From an uncultured Thermomicrobiales bacterium (GTDB lineage: Bacteria; Chloroflexota; Chloroflexia; Thermomicrobiales; CFX8), in the NCBI GenBank assembly GCA_964462545.1, contig CAYWXR010000002.1, positions 152,783-216,782 of the forward strand: 64,000 nt of DNA. Direction: 5' to 3'. Position numbers and translations under genes: made by a program. Below are positions 17,117-26,107 of this stretch, in pieces; positions within the stretch are counted from its first letter, which is position 1, and the number at the start of each line of letters is the position of its first letter. The notes under the pieces are model-generated. The model was not told where the DNA came from and did not search any database. It saw only the letters and a list, made by a program, of their open reading frames with translations.

Positions 17117-18319
17117 CTATCTCCCGGTAACCACCCTGTTCAGAGAGTCAATCAGGAGTGCGACGATCGTGTCCCAACCATACCGTTCCTCGACCAGTGC
17201 ACGACCGTTGGATGCCAGTTTTCGGGACAGGGCCGGGTCGGTTGTGATCCTGTACATCGCATCTGCAAACGCCCGGGGAGTGTCGGCGAGAATCAGATGC
17301 TCACCATCCACCACGTCCAGTCCTTCGGCACCGATACTCGTCGATACGACTGGCCGGCCGGTGGCAAATGCTTCAAGAATCTTCAGACGGGTGCCACCGC
17401 CCGAACGGAGCGGCACCGCAACGACCTGGGCTTCCGCCAGCCAGGGGCGAGTATCCGGAACCTGCCCGGTTACCTGAATCGAATCTGATTCAAGTTCCGT
17501 CACAGTTGGGGGTGGATCTGCGCCAACAATGGCGAATGTCGTGGAGGGGATTTGTTCCTGCACCAGCGGGTGAATCTCTCTTGAATACCAGATCGCAGCA
17601 TCGGCGTTTGGCTGGTGCCGCATCGCGCCGGTAAAGACCACCCTTCCGGGCGTAGCTTGGGACAGTGGTGCGGGTGCAAAGCGATCCAGATCGACTCCGT
17701 TGGGAATTACATCCACCGGGGTGGATGAGGCTGCCCGGATCATCCCGGCATCCCGGTCCGAGGTTGCCAGGCACAGACTGGCCCGTTCCCAGATGTCTCG
17801 CTCAATCCGGCGGAGTTTGCGCGCCTCGCTCCGGTTGAACTGCTGCTTCAGGAAATTCTCGCTCGTCTGCGCCACCCGGGATAGCAGATCGTGTTCGATG
17901 TTGTGTGCGTCGTAAATCGTCGGAATGCTGTCCGGTACACGGTAGATTGCTGATTCAGGGAATTCGAACATGATGACATCGATGGCCCTGGTCATCAGGA
18001 TCCGATCGATTGCATGCTGCATTTGCGGGTTGTACCAGGAGAAGAGAAACGAACGTCCCCGTGCGAGCGACAGCATCTGCTCGATACGTTTTCTACGTCC
18101 AGCGGGTTGGCGGGGAGTAGCCTTCGCCGGCACCAGTGTGACGTTACACACTTCGCCAAGCTGGCGGGCGTAGGGTAATTCCCCCTCCGTACCAGGTGCC
18201 AGCAACGACACCTCGGCATGTTTGGCCAGACCGGTCACCAGCGCATGAATCCGCAATGCCCCACCGAATGTCGCCGGCAGAGGCAGGTATGGCGCAATGA
18301 CCAGGATCGACGGTTTCAT
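17117..18319 (-). CDS. Glycosyltransferase family 4 (GT-B, GT1/GT4 type)
   Basis: The internal ATG at 18319 gives MKPSILVIAPYLPLPATFGGALRIH, a typical GT4 N-terminus. C-terminal EAFATGRPVVSTSIGAEG motif. The track's 518-aa version overlaps hpaB. Confidence 0.88.
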   Translation of the reverse strand: MKPSILVIAPYLPLPATFGGALRIHALVTGLAKHAEVSLLAPGTEGELPYARQLGEVCNVTLVPAKATPRQPAGRRKRIEQMLSLARGRSFLFSWYNPQMQHAIDRILMTRAIDVIMFEFPESAIYRVPDSIPTIYDAHNIEHDLLSRVAQTSENFLKQQFNRSEARKLRRIERDIWERASLCLATSDRDAGMIRAASSTPVDVIPNGVDLDRFAPAPLSQATPGRVVFTGAMRHQPNADAAIWYSREIHPLVQEQIPSTTFAIVGADPPPTVTELESDSIQVTGQVPDTRPWLAEAQVVAVPLRSGGGTRLKILEAFATGRPVVSTSIGAEGLDVVDGEHLILADTPRAFADAMYRITTDPALSRKLASNGRALVEERYGWDTIVALLIDSLNRVVTGR

Positions 18320-18520
18320 TGCGACACTCCGTGCGGGTTCAAAGCGTCCAGTGTGATCGGTGAGGTTTTGATCGCGGTCTCCGGCTCCGTCTTCATAAAG
18401 CGATTCTACTTGTGGAATCCCGGAATCGCGCAATTCGTCGTATGGCAGGGTCGGGCACGATCTGTCAGGATAGATCACAACAGCGAAGACGTGCAGATGA
18501 CTAGCGGAGGAGTGCTCGAT

Positions 18521-19999
18521 ATGGGAGCCCGAACCGGTGCCCAGTTCCTTGAAGGCCTGAAGGAACAACCACGTGAGGTGTACATCGAAGGTGAACTGGT
18601 ACGCGATGTGACAACTCACCGCGCCTTCCGCAACGTTCTCGAAAGCCTTGCCCATCTCTATGACATGCAGCACGACCCGGCCCTGCGAGATGACCTGACC
18701 TATGTAGATGGCGAGTCAGGTGAGCGTGTCGGTACCAGTTTCATGCAGCCGCGCTCAATTGAGGATCTCAACCAGCGTACCCGGGCCATGAAGATCTGGG
18801 CGGATTACTCTCATGGCATGATGGGCCGCACGCCTGATTACCTCAGTTCGTCGCTGATGGCGTTTGCAGCAGCAAAAGGATTCTTTGAAACGAACGATCC
18901 CCGGTTTGGCGACCATGTCGAGAACTATTACCGGCATGCCCGGGATAACGATCTCTGCCTGACCCACACCTTGATCAACCCGCAGGCCAACCGTTCGGTT
19001 GGGCCATCGCAGCAGAAGGATCCGTTTCTGGCGGCGCGGGTTGTCGAGGAGAAGGACGACGGCATCGTCGTCCGTGGGGCCCGGATGCTTGCGACTCTTG
19101 GCCCGATTGCCGACGAGGTTGAGGTGTTCCCGTCGACCGTCGTCAAGGCGGATCCTGCCGATGCTCCCTACGCATTCGGGTTTGTGATTCCCTGCAGTAC
19201 ACCGGGTCTGAAGTTCATTTGCCGGGAGACATATGACCTGAACCGGTCGAAACACGACCATCCCCTCGGATCACGATTTGAGGAGATGGACGCGATGCTG
19301 GTGTTCGATGATGTCTTCGTGCCGTGGGAACGGGTCTTCCTGTACGGCGACCCGGAGATTGCCAACGGTGCGTTTGGTGCGACCAACGCCGTGATCCACA
19401 TGGCACATCAGGTGATGGCCAAGAATATTGCCAAGACCGAGTTCATCCTCGGATTGGTCAGTCTCATTGTGGACACCATCGCTATCGAACCATTCCAGCA
19501 CGTTCATGAGAAAGTCTCGGAAGTCATCATTGGCCTTGAGTGCATGCGGGCCTTGCTGAAGACTGCAATCGCGGATGCCCAGGTGGATCGCTGGGGTGTC
19601 ATGACTCCGGCACGTGGTCCACTGGATGCGGCACGAAACCTCTATCCAAAGCTCTACCCTCGTTTTGTCGAAATCATCCAGCAACTGAGTGCAAGCGGGT
19701 TGATGGCGACTCCAACCGCTGCAGACATGATGGGACCGGCCGGGCCGGACATCGAGCGCTTCTTCACTGCTGCCCGCGCTGATTCTGCCCAACGGATCGC
19801 GCTCTTCCGCCTGGCATGGGATGCCTCGATCAGTTCGTTCGGTTCGCGGCAGGTGCTCTATGAACGCTTCTTCTTCGGTGACCCGGTGCGGATGGCCGGC
19901 GCTCTCTTCAATACCTATGATCGCGAGCCGTACATGGAATCGGTCAGGAAGTTCATCGAGGAAGGTATCAACGACACGTTCAAGGGCAAGGACGGGTAG
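18521..19999 (+). CDS. hpaB: 4-hydroxyphenylacetate 3-monooxygenase, oxygenase component
   Basis: The sequence from ATG 18521 (GGAGG 10 nt upstream), MGARTGAQFLEGLKEQPREVYIEGELV, is HpaB-family across its whole 492 aa. Confidence 0.88.
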   Translation: MGARTGAQFLEGLKEQPREVYIEGELVRDVTTHRAFRNVLESLAHLYDMQHDPALRDDLTYVDGESGERVGTSFMQPRSIEDLNQRTRAMKIWADYSHGMMGRTPDYLSSSLMAFAAAKGFFETNDPRFGDHVENYYRHARDNDLCLTHTLINPQANRSVGPSQQKDPFLAARVVEEKDDGIVVRGARMLATLGPIADEVEVFPSTVVKADPADAPYAFGFVIPCSTPGLKFICRETYDLNRSKHDHPLGSRFEEMDAMLVFDDVFVPWERVFLYGDPEIANGAFGATNAVIHMAHQVMAKNIAKTEFILGLVSLIVDTIAIEPFQHVHEKVSEVIIGLECMRALLKTAIADAQVDRWGVMTPARGPLDAARNLYPKLYPRFVEIIQQLSASGLMATPTAADMMGPAGPDIERFFTAARADSAQRIALFRLAWDASISSFGSRQVLYERFFFGDPVRMAGALFNTYDREPYMESVRKFIEEGINDTFKGKDG

Positions 20000-20046
20000 G
20001 AGCTTGGTAGTTGCCGGCAGGGTGCTGTGCGGAATGGTTCGATGTC

Positions 20047-20667
20047 ATGAAGCGTGAACAGGTTGATCCGGCGGGATTCCGGCGGATGATGGGTCGGTTT
20101 GCCACCGGTGTGACGGTGATCACGGTTCAGCATGGCGACCTGATGCACGGGATGACGGCCAACGCATTCAGTTCCCTATCGCTGGAGCCGCCGCTGGTGC
20201 TGGTCTGCATCGGGCGTGAATCGCGGATGGCCGGGCTTCTGGCAAAGGCCGGAGCTTTCTCTGTCAATTTCCTCTCGGCCGACCAGGAAGCGGTTTCCCG
20301 GCAGTTTGCCGGACGCGATCGTGAACTTGGAGCGCGAACCGAGTGGCTTCAACGCGGGCCGGTCGCCCCGCTGGTTCCCCGTTCACTCGGGGCGATCTCC
20401 TGCGCTATCGAGAATACCTACGATGGTGGCGACCACTGGATTGTCGTTGGCCGGGTGCTTGAACTCCATGAACCGGACCCGGCAACCTCGCGCATGCCCC
20501 TTCTTTTTTATGAATCGCGCTACGCCGACCTGCGAGAGCGTCGTCCCGGCCCGCTGACCCCGGTCGAAGACTGGTCGAATGACGCAATCCTGATCTATCA
20601 CGACGAGTGGTCATCCACTGATGAAGAGCCGCCCGAGGAGTATGTGCGGGCACACATCTGGGAGTGA
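20047..20667 (+). CDS. Flavin reductase (HpaC-like) with a C-terminal acidic extension
   Basis: FRRMMGRFATGVTVITV and FSSLSLEPPLVLVCI are flavin-reductase-domain hallmarks. An alternative TTG start at 20011 has AGGAG upstream. Confidence 0.85.
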   Translation: MKREQVDPAGFRRMMGRFATGVTVITVQHGDLMHGMTANAFSSLSLEPPLVLVCIGRESRMAGLLAKAGAFSVNFLSADQEAVSRQFAGRDRELGARTEWLQRGPVAPLVPRSLGAISCAIENTYDGGDHWIVVGRVLELHEPDPATSRMPLLFYESRYADLRERRPGPLTPVEDWSNDAILIYHDEWSSTDEEPPEEYVRAHIWE

Positions 20668-20674
20668 GTGGCAC

Positions 20675-21700
20675 ATGATGCGAACCGGCCGGCCGGTGCC
20701 CAATTCCGGCATCAACATTATCCGGGGCGCGACCGGAGAGTACCGGGTGACCGATCTCGAACGGGCGCGGACGTTCTACGTCGACCTGCTGGGTTTGGTG
20801 CTTACCGAGCAAACGCCGGATGCGCTTTATCTACGTGGCCTGGAAGAACGCGTGCATCATTCGCTTGTCTTGCGCAAGGCGGAGTCCCCGGGTGCTGGCC
20901 CGCTTGGCTTCCGGGTTGAAAGCGACGTGGACCTGGAGCGTGCAGAGACGTTTTGCCGGGCGCAAGGGCTTGCCTGGCGGAGGATCGACGCCGGCGAAGT
21001 TCCCGGGAAGGGCCGGGCAATCAGGATGAAAGACCCCGTGGGCTTGCCCCTGGAGTTCTTTGCTGCGATGGACCCGGCAGAACGTTTGCTGCAGCGTTTC
21101 GATCTGTATCGCGGTGCCCACGTGATGCGCTTCGACCATTTCAATTGTCAGGTCCCGGATGTAAACGCTGAATACGCGTGGTACGCCGATGAACTGGGCT
21201 TTGGCTGCTCGGAATACACCGCCGGCGCAAACGGTGAGGGCATTTTCGCGGCCTGGTTGCAGCGCAAGGGGAACGTCCATGACCTGGCGCTGATGACCGG
21301 ACTCGGCCCCCGGGTGCATCACATTGCGTTCTGGGTTGCGGACACGTTGTCTGTGCTGCGTGCCTGTGATGTGCTGGCCGGTGCGGGATTCCCGGAGTGC
21401 ATCGAGCGTGGCCCCGGTCGGCACGGTATTTCGAACGCCTTTTTCCTGTATCTGCGAGACCCGGATGGCAACCGGATTGAACTGTACGCCAACGATTACC
21501 AGGTGCTGGATCCTGATTGGGAGCCGATTCGTTGGGAACTGGAAGACCCGCGACGGGCAACCTTCTGGGGACACGTAGCGCCGCCATCGTGGTTCGATGA
21601 GGCGGCGCTTTGTGAGTGTATCGAGACGGGGGAGTTACTTCCCCTTCGTCGACCGGTAGGTGTTGACCGCCCTGCCCATGCTGCGACCCATATTACCTAG
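20675..21700 (+). CDS. Extradiol ring-cleavage dioxygenase (homoprotocatechuate/catechol 2,3-dioxygenase type, VOC fold)
   Basis: Two VOC modules with HHSLVL, HHIAFW and DPDGNRIELY. The ATG at 20675 lies just after the reductase stop at 20667. Confidence 0.88.
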   Translation: MMRTGRPVPNSGINIIRGATGEYRVTDLERARTFYVDLLGLVLTEQTPDALYLRGLEERVHHSLVLRKAESPGAGPLGFRVESDVDLERAETFCRAQGLAWRRIDAGEVPGKGRAIRMKDPVGLPLEFFAAMDPAERLLQRFDLYRGAHVMRFDHFNCQVPDVNAEYAWYADELGFGCSEYTAGANGEGIFAAWLQRKGNVHDLALMTGLGPRVHHIAFWVADTLSVLRACDVLAGAGFPECIERGPGRHGISNAFFLYLRDPDGNRIELYANDYQVLDPDWEPIRWELEDPRRATFWGHVAPPSWFDEAALCECIETGELLPLRRPVGVDRPAHAATHIT

Positions 21701-22033
21701 CAGTGAGGTGGGCGGTGGTTCGCCGGCAGCAGCACGTCGTGCCTGTTCTTCAGCACGGCGCCGGCGCTTCTCGGCTTCGTCCTTGCGCCAGCGATACCGC
21801 CGGTAATACATGAAGGCAAAGCCGAAGATCAGGGCAACACCACCGCCCGGCCCGGTGGGCGAGGTGGACAGAAAACCATAGCCGGCAGCATCGAACGCAT
21901 AGATCACCATCAATGCACCGATCCATCCGCCACCGAACCAGATGGTTTCGTTGAAGGCTGCCCGAAAACTCCAGGTTCCGGCAAATGCCAGAATGAAGAC
22001 CGCGATGGGGATAATGCCGATTCCCAGACCCAT
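21635..22033 (-). CDS. Small membrane protein (3 TM plus Arg/Glu-rich tail), function unknown
   Basis: 132 aa. Three hydrophobic segments, then YYRRYRWRKDEAEKRRRRAEEQARRAAAG. Its 3' end overlaps the dioxygenase 3' end by 66 nt. Confidence 0.6.
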   Translation of the reverse strand: MGLGIGIIPIAVFILAFAGTWSFRAAFNETIWFGGGWIGALMVIYAFDAAGYGFLSTSPTGPGGGVALIFGFAFMYYRRYRWRKDEAEKRRRRAEEQARRAAAGEPPPTSLLGNMGRSMGRAVNTYRSTKGK

Positions 22034-22249
22034 TAGTGTGTTCTCCGTGTTCGGAATTCTGATTCCGTCGTCTGGATCAATCTACGTCCTTTCGTACCTG
22101 GTGGACGCACGAACGATACTCTTCCGGTAAGATAGGAACAGTGATGCTCCGCTGTCACACGCCGGAGAATGGCTGGTCGGTTGTTCCGGCCGCGGACGGG
22201 GCAAGGATACCAGTTTGGACCGTTGTTCCGGGTCGGAGGTAAAGACACG

Positions 22250-22360
22250 ATGGATATCGGATATTACTGGCTTTTCTTCGGAATGTTTGCCGCTTTGCTA
22301 CCACTCTACCTGTTGATCAAGACCGTCCTCCACATCCTGAATATCGGCATCCGCCCCTAG
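22250..22360 (+). CDS. 36-aa single-TM microprotein candidate
   Basis: ATG at 22250 with GGAGG 10 nt upstream. Sequence MDIGYYWLFFGMFAALLPLYLLIKTVLHILNIGIRP. It is followed 18 nt later by a perfect 18-bp hairpin. Confidence 0.45.
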   Translation: MDIGYYWLFFGMFAALLPLYLLIKTVLHILNIGIRP

Positions 22361-22378
22361 CACCCGATTACCTGAATT

Positions 22379-22420
22379 ACACCCTGCAATTGCGGTTTGA
22401 TGACCGCAATTGCAGGGTGT
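22379..22420 (+). terminator. Perfect 18-bp-stem hairpin (terminator or structural element)
   Basis: acaccctgcaattgcggt-ttgatg-accgcaattgcagggtgt, then tcgtttat. Each arm contains the palindrome GCAATTGC. Confidence 0.65.
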
Positions 22421-22569
22421 TCGTTTATAGTAGTCCAGACAACAATCGAGCATCGTGAAACGTCGCGTTTGCACCAACGGGAACCACATTGTTCCCCCGG
22501 TCTGAATACCCTGATATCGACAGGGCTCTTGCCCTGCAGATTTGTGAATCGTAAGCGGCGTTCAGGACA

Positions 22570-23565
22570 ATGCTTGCTGTGCCAGGGGAGAGAAACACGT
22601 TGAGCAAACTGCCTGAGACTACACGGGTATCGAGGATCCTCGAAATCATCTGGAATATCTCACGGTCCCCACGGACCTGGACCAGAAGACGACTGGCCGA
22701 ACAGTTTGAAGTCAGCGAGCGGATGATCACCAACGACCTGGAGGTGATCAAGCATGGCCTGAAGTTTGATCTGGAAAACGACCGGGGGCGAGGTTACTAC
22801 TTCGCGAGGGTGCCGCAACTGCCTTCCGTCAGTTATTCGCTTTCCGAGGCGCTGGCCCTGGTCCTGGCCGCGCAGTCGGCCCGGCGGATTGGCGGGATAC
22901 CCCATGCGGACCTTTCCAGTGCCATTGCCCGGCTATCGTCGGTATTCCCTCCGGAAATGCGAAGTCTGATCGAGCGTCTTGATTCCGGTGAGTCCGGGAG
23001 TGCCTACGAACACCGCGAGGAGATGCTTGCCATTTGTACCCAGGCTGTTTCGGGAAATCGACGTCTGCGGATCACTTATGCTGCCGCCTCCAGGGACGAT
23101 GAGGAAACCACCCGTGTGGTGGACCCGTACGCAGTCGTGCCTTACGTGCGCTCCTGGCATCTGATTGCATACTGTCATCTGCGGAAGGATGTCAGAACCT
23201 TCAAGCTTGACCGCCTGCGCCACGCAGAGGAAACAGGTCAGCGCTTTACTCCCGACCCTGAGTTCGACGTCGAGGAGTACCTCTCTTCAGGATGGGGCCT
23301 GATGCGCGGGATGACCGAGCCAGCCCAGGATGTCGAACTGATCTTCAGCCCGACATCCGGCCGGTGGGTTGCCGAGGAACTGTGGCATTCAAGCCAGGAG
23401 ACGGCCTGGCTGGAGGATGGCCGTCTTTGCTTCCGCGTACACATCCAGATCACGCCCGAGTTCCAGCGCTGGGTATTCCGGTACGGTAGCGAGGTGACGG
23501 TGGTACGGCCAGCATCGCTTCGGCAATGGGTGCACGATGAAGCCGCGGCGATTCTGGCGAAATAG
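22570..23565 (+). CDS. WYL-domain transcriptional regulator (HTH-WYL-C-terminal extension layout)
   Basis: N-terminal wHTH (RVSRILEIIWNISRSPRTWTRRRLAEQFEVSERMITNDL). WYL core VVDPYAVVPYVRSWHLIAYCHLRKDVRTFKLDRL. The exact start is uncertain. Confidence 0.88.
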   Translation: MLAVPGERNTLSKLPETTRVSRILEIIWNISRSPRTWTRRRLAEQFEVSERMITNDLEVIKHGLKFDLENDRGRGYYFARVPQLPSVSYSLSEALALVLAAQSARRIGGIPHADLSSAIARLSSVFPPEMRSLIERLDSGESGSAYEHREEMLAICTQAVSGNRRLRITYAAASRDDEETTRVVDPYAVVPYVRSWHLIAYCHLRKDVRTFKLDRLRHAEETGQRFTPDPEFDVEEYLSSGWGLMRGMTEPAQDVELIFSPTSGRWVAEELWHSSQETAWLEDGRLCFRVHIQITPEFQRWVFRYGSEVTVVRPASLRQWVHDEAAAILAK

Positions 23566-23572
23566 GCTGGTT

Positions 23573-24439
23573 CTATTTCGATGAAAGCCGGGCGACGGTA
23601 TTGGTCAATGTGCCAATGCCGGCAATGCTGATCGTGACCTGATCGCCTGATTCAAGGGTGATATCGTCCGGCGGCACCAGCCCGGTTCCGGTCATGAGCA
23701 GTGCCCCGTCGGGGAACATCAGCGACGAGTAAAGATTGTCAACCAGTTCGCGGAAAGTCCGGCGCATCCGTGATGTCGACGTTTCGCCAGACCACAACTC
23801 CTCGCCGTCGCGGACGATTGTCAGGCCGATGGTGCAGTTTTCCGGACTCTCAATCTCCTCGGGCAGGACGATCCACGGGCCCAGGGAACAACTGGCGTGA
23901 AAGCTCTTCGCCTGCGGGAGGTAGAGCGGGTTTTCACCCTCAATCGAGCGCGACGAAACATCGTTGCCGATGGTGTACCCGGCGATCGCTCCAGAGGAAT
24001 CGATGACCAGCGTCAGTTCCGGTTCCGGAACATCCCAGGTGGAATCGTGACGGATGCCAATCCGGTCGCCCTCTCCAACGCATCGCCAGGCAGGTGCCTT
24101 GAAGAAAAGTTCCGGCCGTTCTGCCTCATAGACCTGCTGATAGACATCCTGCCGGGTTGACTCTTCCATCCGGGCATCACGGCTGCGCTCATAGGTAACA
24201 CCCGCCGCCCAGACTTCCTGCTGGTCGACCGGTGCCCGGAGTTTGACGTGGTTCAGCGGATACACGCCAACTGCTGATCGGCGGGCAGTCATGATCCGGG
24301 AAAGTCGTTCTATTCCATTGGTGGAGAGCAACCCGGACATGGATTCCGAGAGTTCAAGCACGCGTTTGCGTTCGACATCCACCCAGCCAAGTCGGGCCTG
24401 GCCACCATCAAACCCCAGTTGAAACAGACAGATTGGCAC
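23573..24439 (-). CDS. Fumarylacetoacetate hydrolase (FAH) family protein
   Basis: GNDVSSRSIEGENPLYLPQAKSF and the C-terminal GDQVTISIAGIGTLTNTV are typical FAH-fold motifs. GTG at 24439 lies 4 nt after the upstream stop; the track start at 24490 would overlap that gene. Confidence 0.82.
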   Translation of the reverse strand: MPICLFQLGFDGGQARLGWVDVERKRVLELSESMSGLLSTNGIERLSRIMTARRSAVGVYPLNHVKLRAPVDQQEVWAAGVTYERSRDARMEESTRQDVYQQVYEAERPELFFKAPAWRCVGEGDRIGIRHDSTWDVPEPELTLVIDSSGAIAGYTIGNDVSSRSIEGENPLYLPQAKSFHASCSLGPWIVLPEEIESPENCTIGLTIVRDGEELWSGETSTSRMRRTFRELVDNLYSSLMFPDGALLMTGTGLVPPDDITLESGDQVTISIAGIGTLTNTVARLSSK

Positions 24440-24443
24440 CGGT

Positions 24444-26105
24444 TTACGCTTTCTCTTCGAGTCCGCCGTGGACGATCTCCCCGCCCACAAGCGTCATAGC
24501 GCTGCTGATATCGGCGATTTCGTTATCAGGAACAGTGAACAGATCGTGGCTGAGAACCGCCAGATCGGCAAGTTTACCCGGCTCAAGCGTTCCCTTGATA
24601 TGGTTTTCAAAGGTGATCCAGGCAGCATCCCGGGTGTAGAGACGGAGTGCGGTTTTCCGGTCGATGGCCTGTTCCGAACCAAGCGTCCGACCATAGACGG
24701 TCTTGCGGGTGGTCGCACTGTAGATGCCAATGAACGGGTTATGGGTCGTCACCGGCGAGTCGGAACCGAGGGCAACCGGGACGCCTGCCTCAAGGTAGCG
24801 TTTGACCGGCATCACCCCTGCGGCGCGTTCCTCGCCAAGACTGGTGACAAAGCTTTCTCCCAGGTTGGTCAGGAATGGAATCGTCAGGAGCGCCGGAATC
24901 CGGTATTCCGCCATCAACTCCAGTGACCGTTCGGTCGGCAGGTAGGCGTGGTGAATCCGGTGCCGGATGGTGGTGTCCGGGCGGGCGTCATATGCGGCGG
25001 CATAGGCCTGCGCCATGATTTCCTGCATTCTGTCTCCACAGGCGTGGCTATCCACCGACCAGCCGCGGTCATGACAGAAGCGGACATTGTGGAAGAGTTC
25101 CTGCTCGGTGACGACAAACTGACCGTAGTTGTCAGGCTCGCCGGCATAGGGCTCAAACATTAGCGCGGTCCGGTCGCCAACCCCGCCATCTGGCATGAAC
25201 TTGACCGTGTCGAAGCGTAGCAGCGCGTCACCAAATCCGGTGTACACGCCGATATCCTCGATCCTTCCGGGAATGGCTGCTTCATCTGCCGCCGCGTTGA
25301 ACCCCCAACCAGCAAGGCACATCGATGTTCGCACGGTCAGGCGTCCATCGCGCCGGGTGTTCTGGTAGGCGCGAATCCACTCCGGCAGGAGCCCCGGCTC
25401 TACTGCCGATGTGATACCAAGCCGGTTGTATTCACGACAGGCAGTCTCGATCAGTGCCTGCCGTTCAGCAATGGTGCGCTCGGGAACAACATCCTGGATG
25501 AGCCGTTTTGCCCGGTCGCGGAAGATACCGGTTGGATCCCCGTTGGCATCGCGTTCGATTCGGCCGGCATAGAGTTGATCGGCAGGCGGGTCCGGAGTGT
25601 GCCGCCCGATATCTGCAGCCATCAGGGCGGCCGAGTTTGCCAGGAGCATGTTCCAGACACGTTCCAGTACCACCGGATTGTTGGGTGCAACTTCGTCCAG
25701 ATCGTGCCGGTTGGGAAACCGCTTGTCTGCCAACAGGCTTTCATCCCAGCCTCGGCCGAGGATCCATGATCCGGGTGGGGCAGTCGCGACCCGTTGGGCG
25801 ACGGCTTCCTTGATGTCGTCTATCGACCGGGCTTGATAGAGCGAGACATCGGTCAACACCGCGCCGGTGCTCATCATGTGATTGTGGGTGTCGTTGATCC
25901 CGGGGATAACCCGGCGACCACCCAGGTGGATGACCCGGGTATGCGGGCCGGCAAGTTCCTCAATGTGGGTACTGTCGCCAATGGCCAGGATGATCCCATC
26001 GCGGATGGCGAGGGCTTCAACTTCGGGGCGTTCATCGCCCATGGTCGTGATCCTGCCACCGGTCAGAATCAGATCAGGTGCAAGGTCGCGCATTGCGATG
26101 GTCAT
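24444..26105 (-). CDS. Metal-dependent amidohydrolase (YtcJ-like / amidohydrolase 3 family)
   Basis: 553 aa with VIPGINDTHNHM (HxH), HACGD and GSDSPV motifs. Confidence 0.88.
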   Translation of the reverse strand: MTIAMRDLAPDLILTGGRITTMGDERPEVEALAIRDGIILAIGDSTHIEELAGPHTRVIHLGGRRVIPGINDTHNHMMSTGAVLTDVSLYQARSIDDIKEAVAQRVATAPPGSWILGRGWDESLLADKRFPNRHDLDEVAPNNPVVLERVWNMLLANSAALMAADIGRHTPDPPADQLYAGRIERDANGDPTGIFRDRAKRLIQDVVPERTIAERQALIETACREYNRLGITSAVEPGLLPEWIRAYQNTRRDGRLTVRTSMCLAGWGFNAAADEAAIPGRIEDIGVYTGFGDALLRFDTVKFMPDGGVGDRTALMFEPYAGEPDNYGQFVVTEQELFHNVRFCHDRGWSVDSHACGDRMQEIMAQAYAAAYDARPDTTIRHRIHHAYLPTERSLELMAEYRIPALLTIPFLTNLGESFVTSLGEERAAGVMPVKRYLEAGVPVALGSDSPVTTHNPFIGIYSATTRKTVYGRTLGSEQAIDRKTALRLYTRDAAWITFENHIKGTLEPGKLADLAVLSHDLFTVPDNEIADISSAMTLVGGEIVHGGLEEKA

Positions 26106-26107
26106 AT

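Noticed and set aside
18218-18673. Long 5' extensions that make the glycosyltransferase (to 18673) and hpaB (from 18218) ORFs overlap by 455 nt
   Set aside because: Internal starts (18319 and 18521) give canonical family N-termini, one with a GGAGG SD. The extensions have no homology-like features.
22479-22496. GGGAAC-N6-GTTCCC as a second LexA box
   Set aside because: The spacer is 6 nt rather than 4, so it does not fit GAAC-N4-GTTC. I retained it only as a possible WYL-regulator operator.
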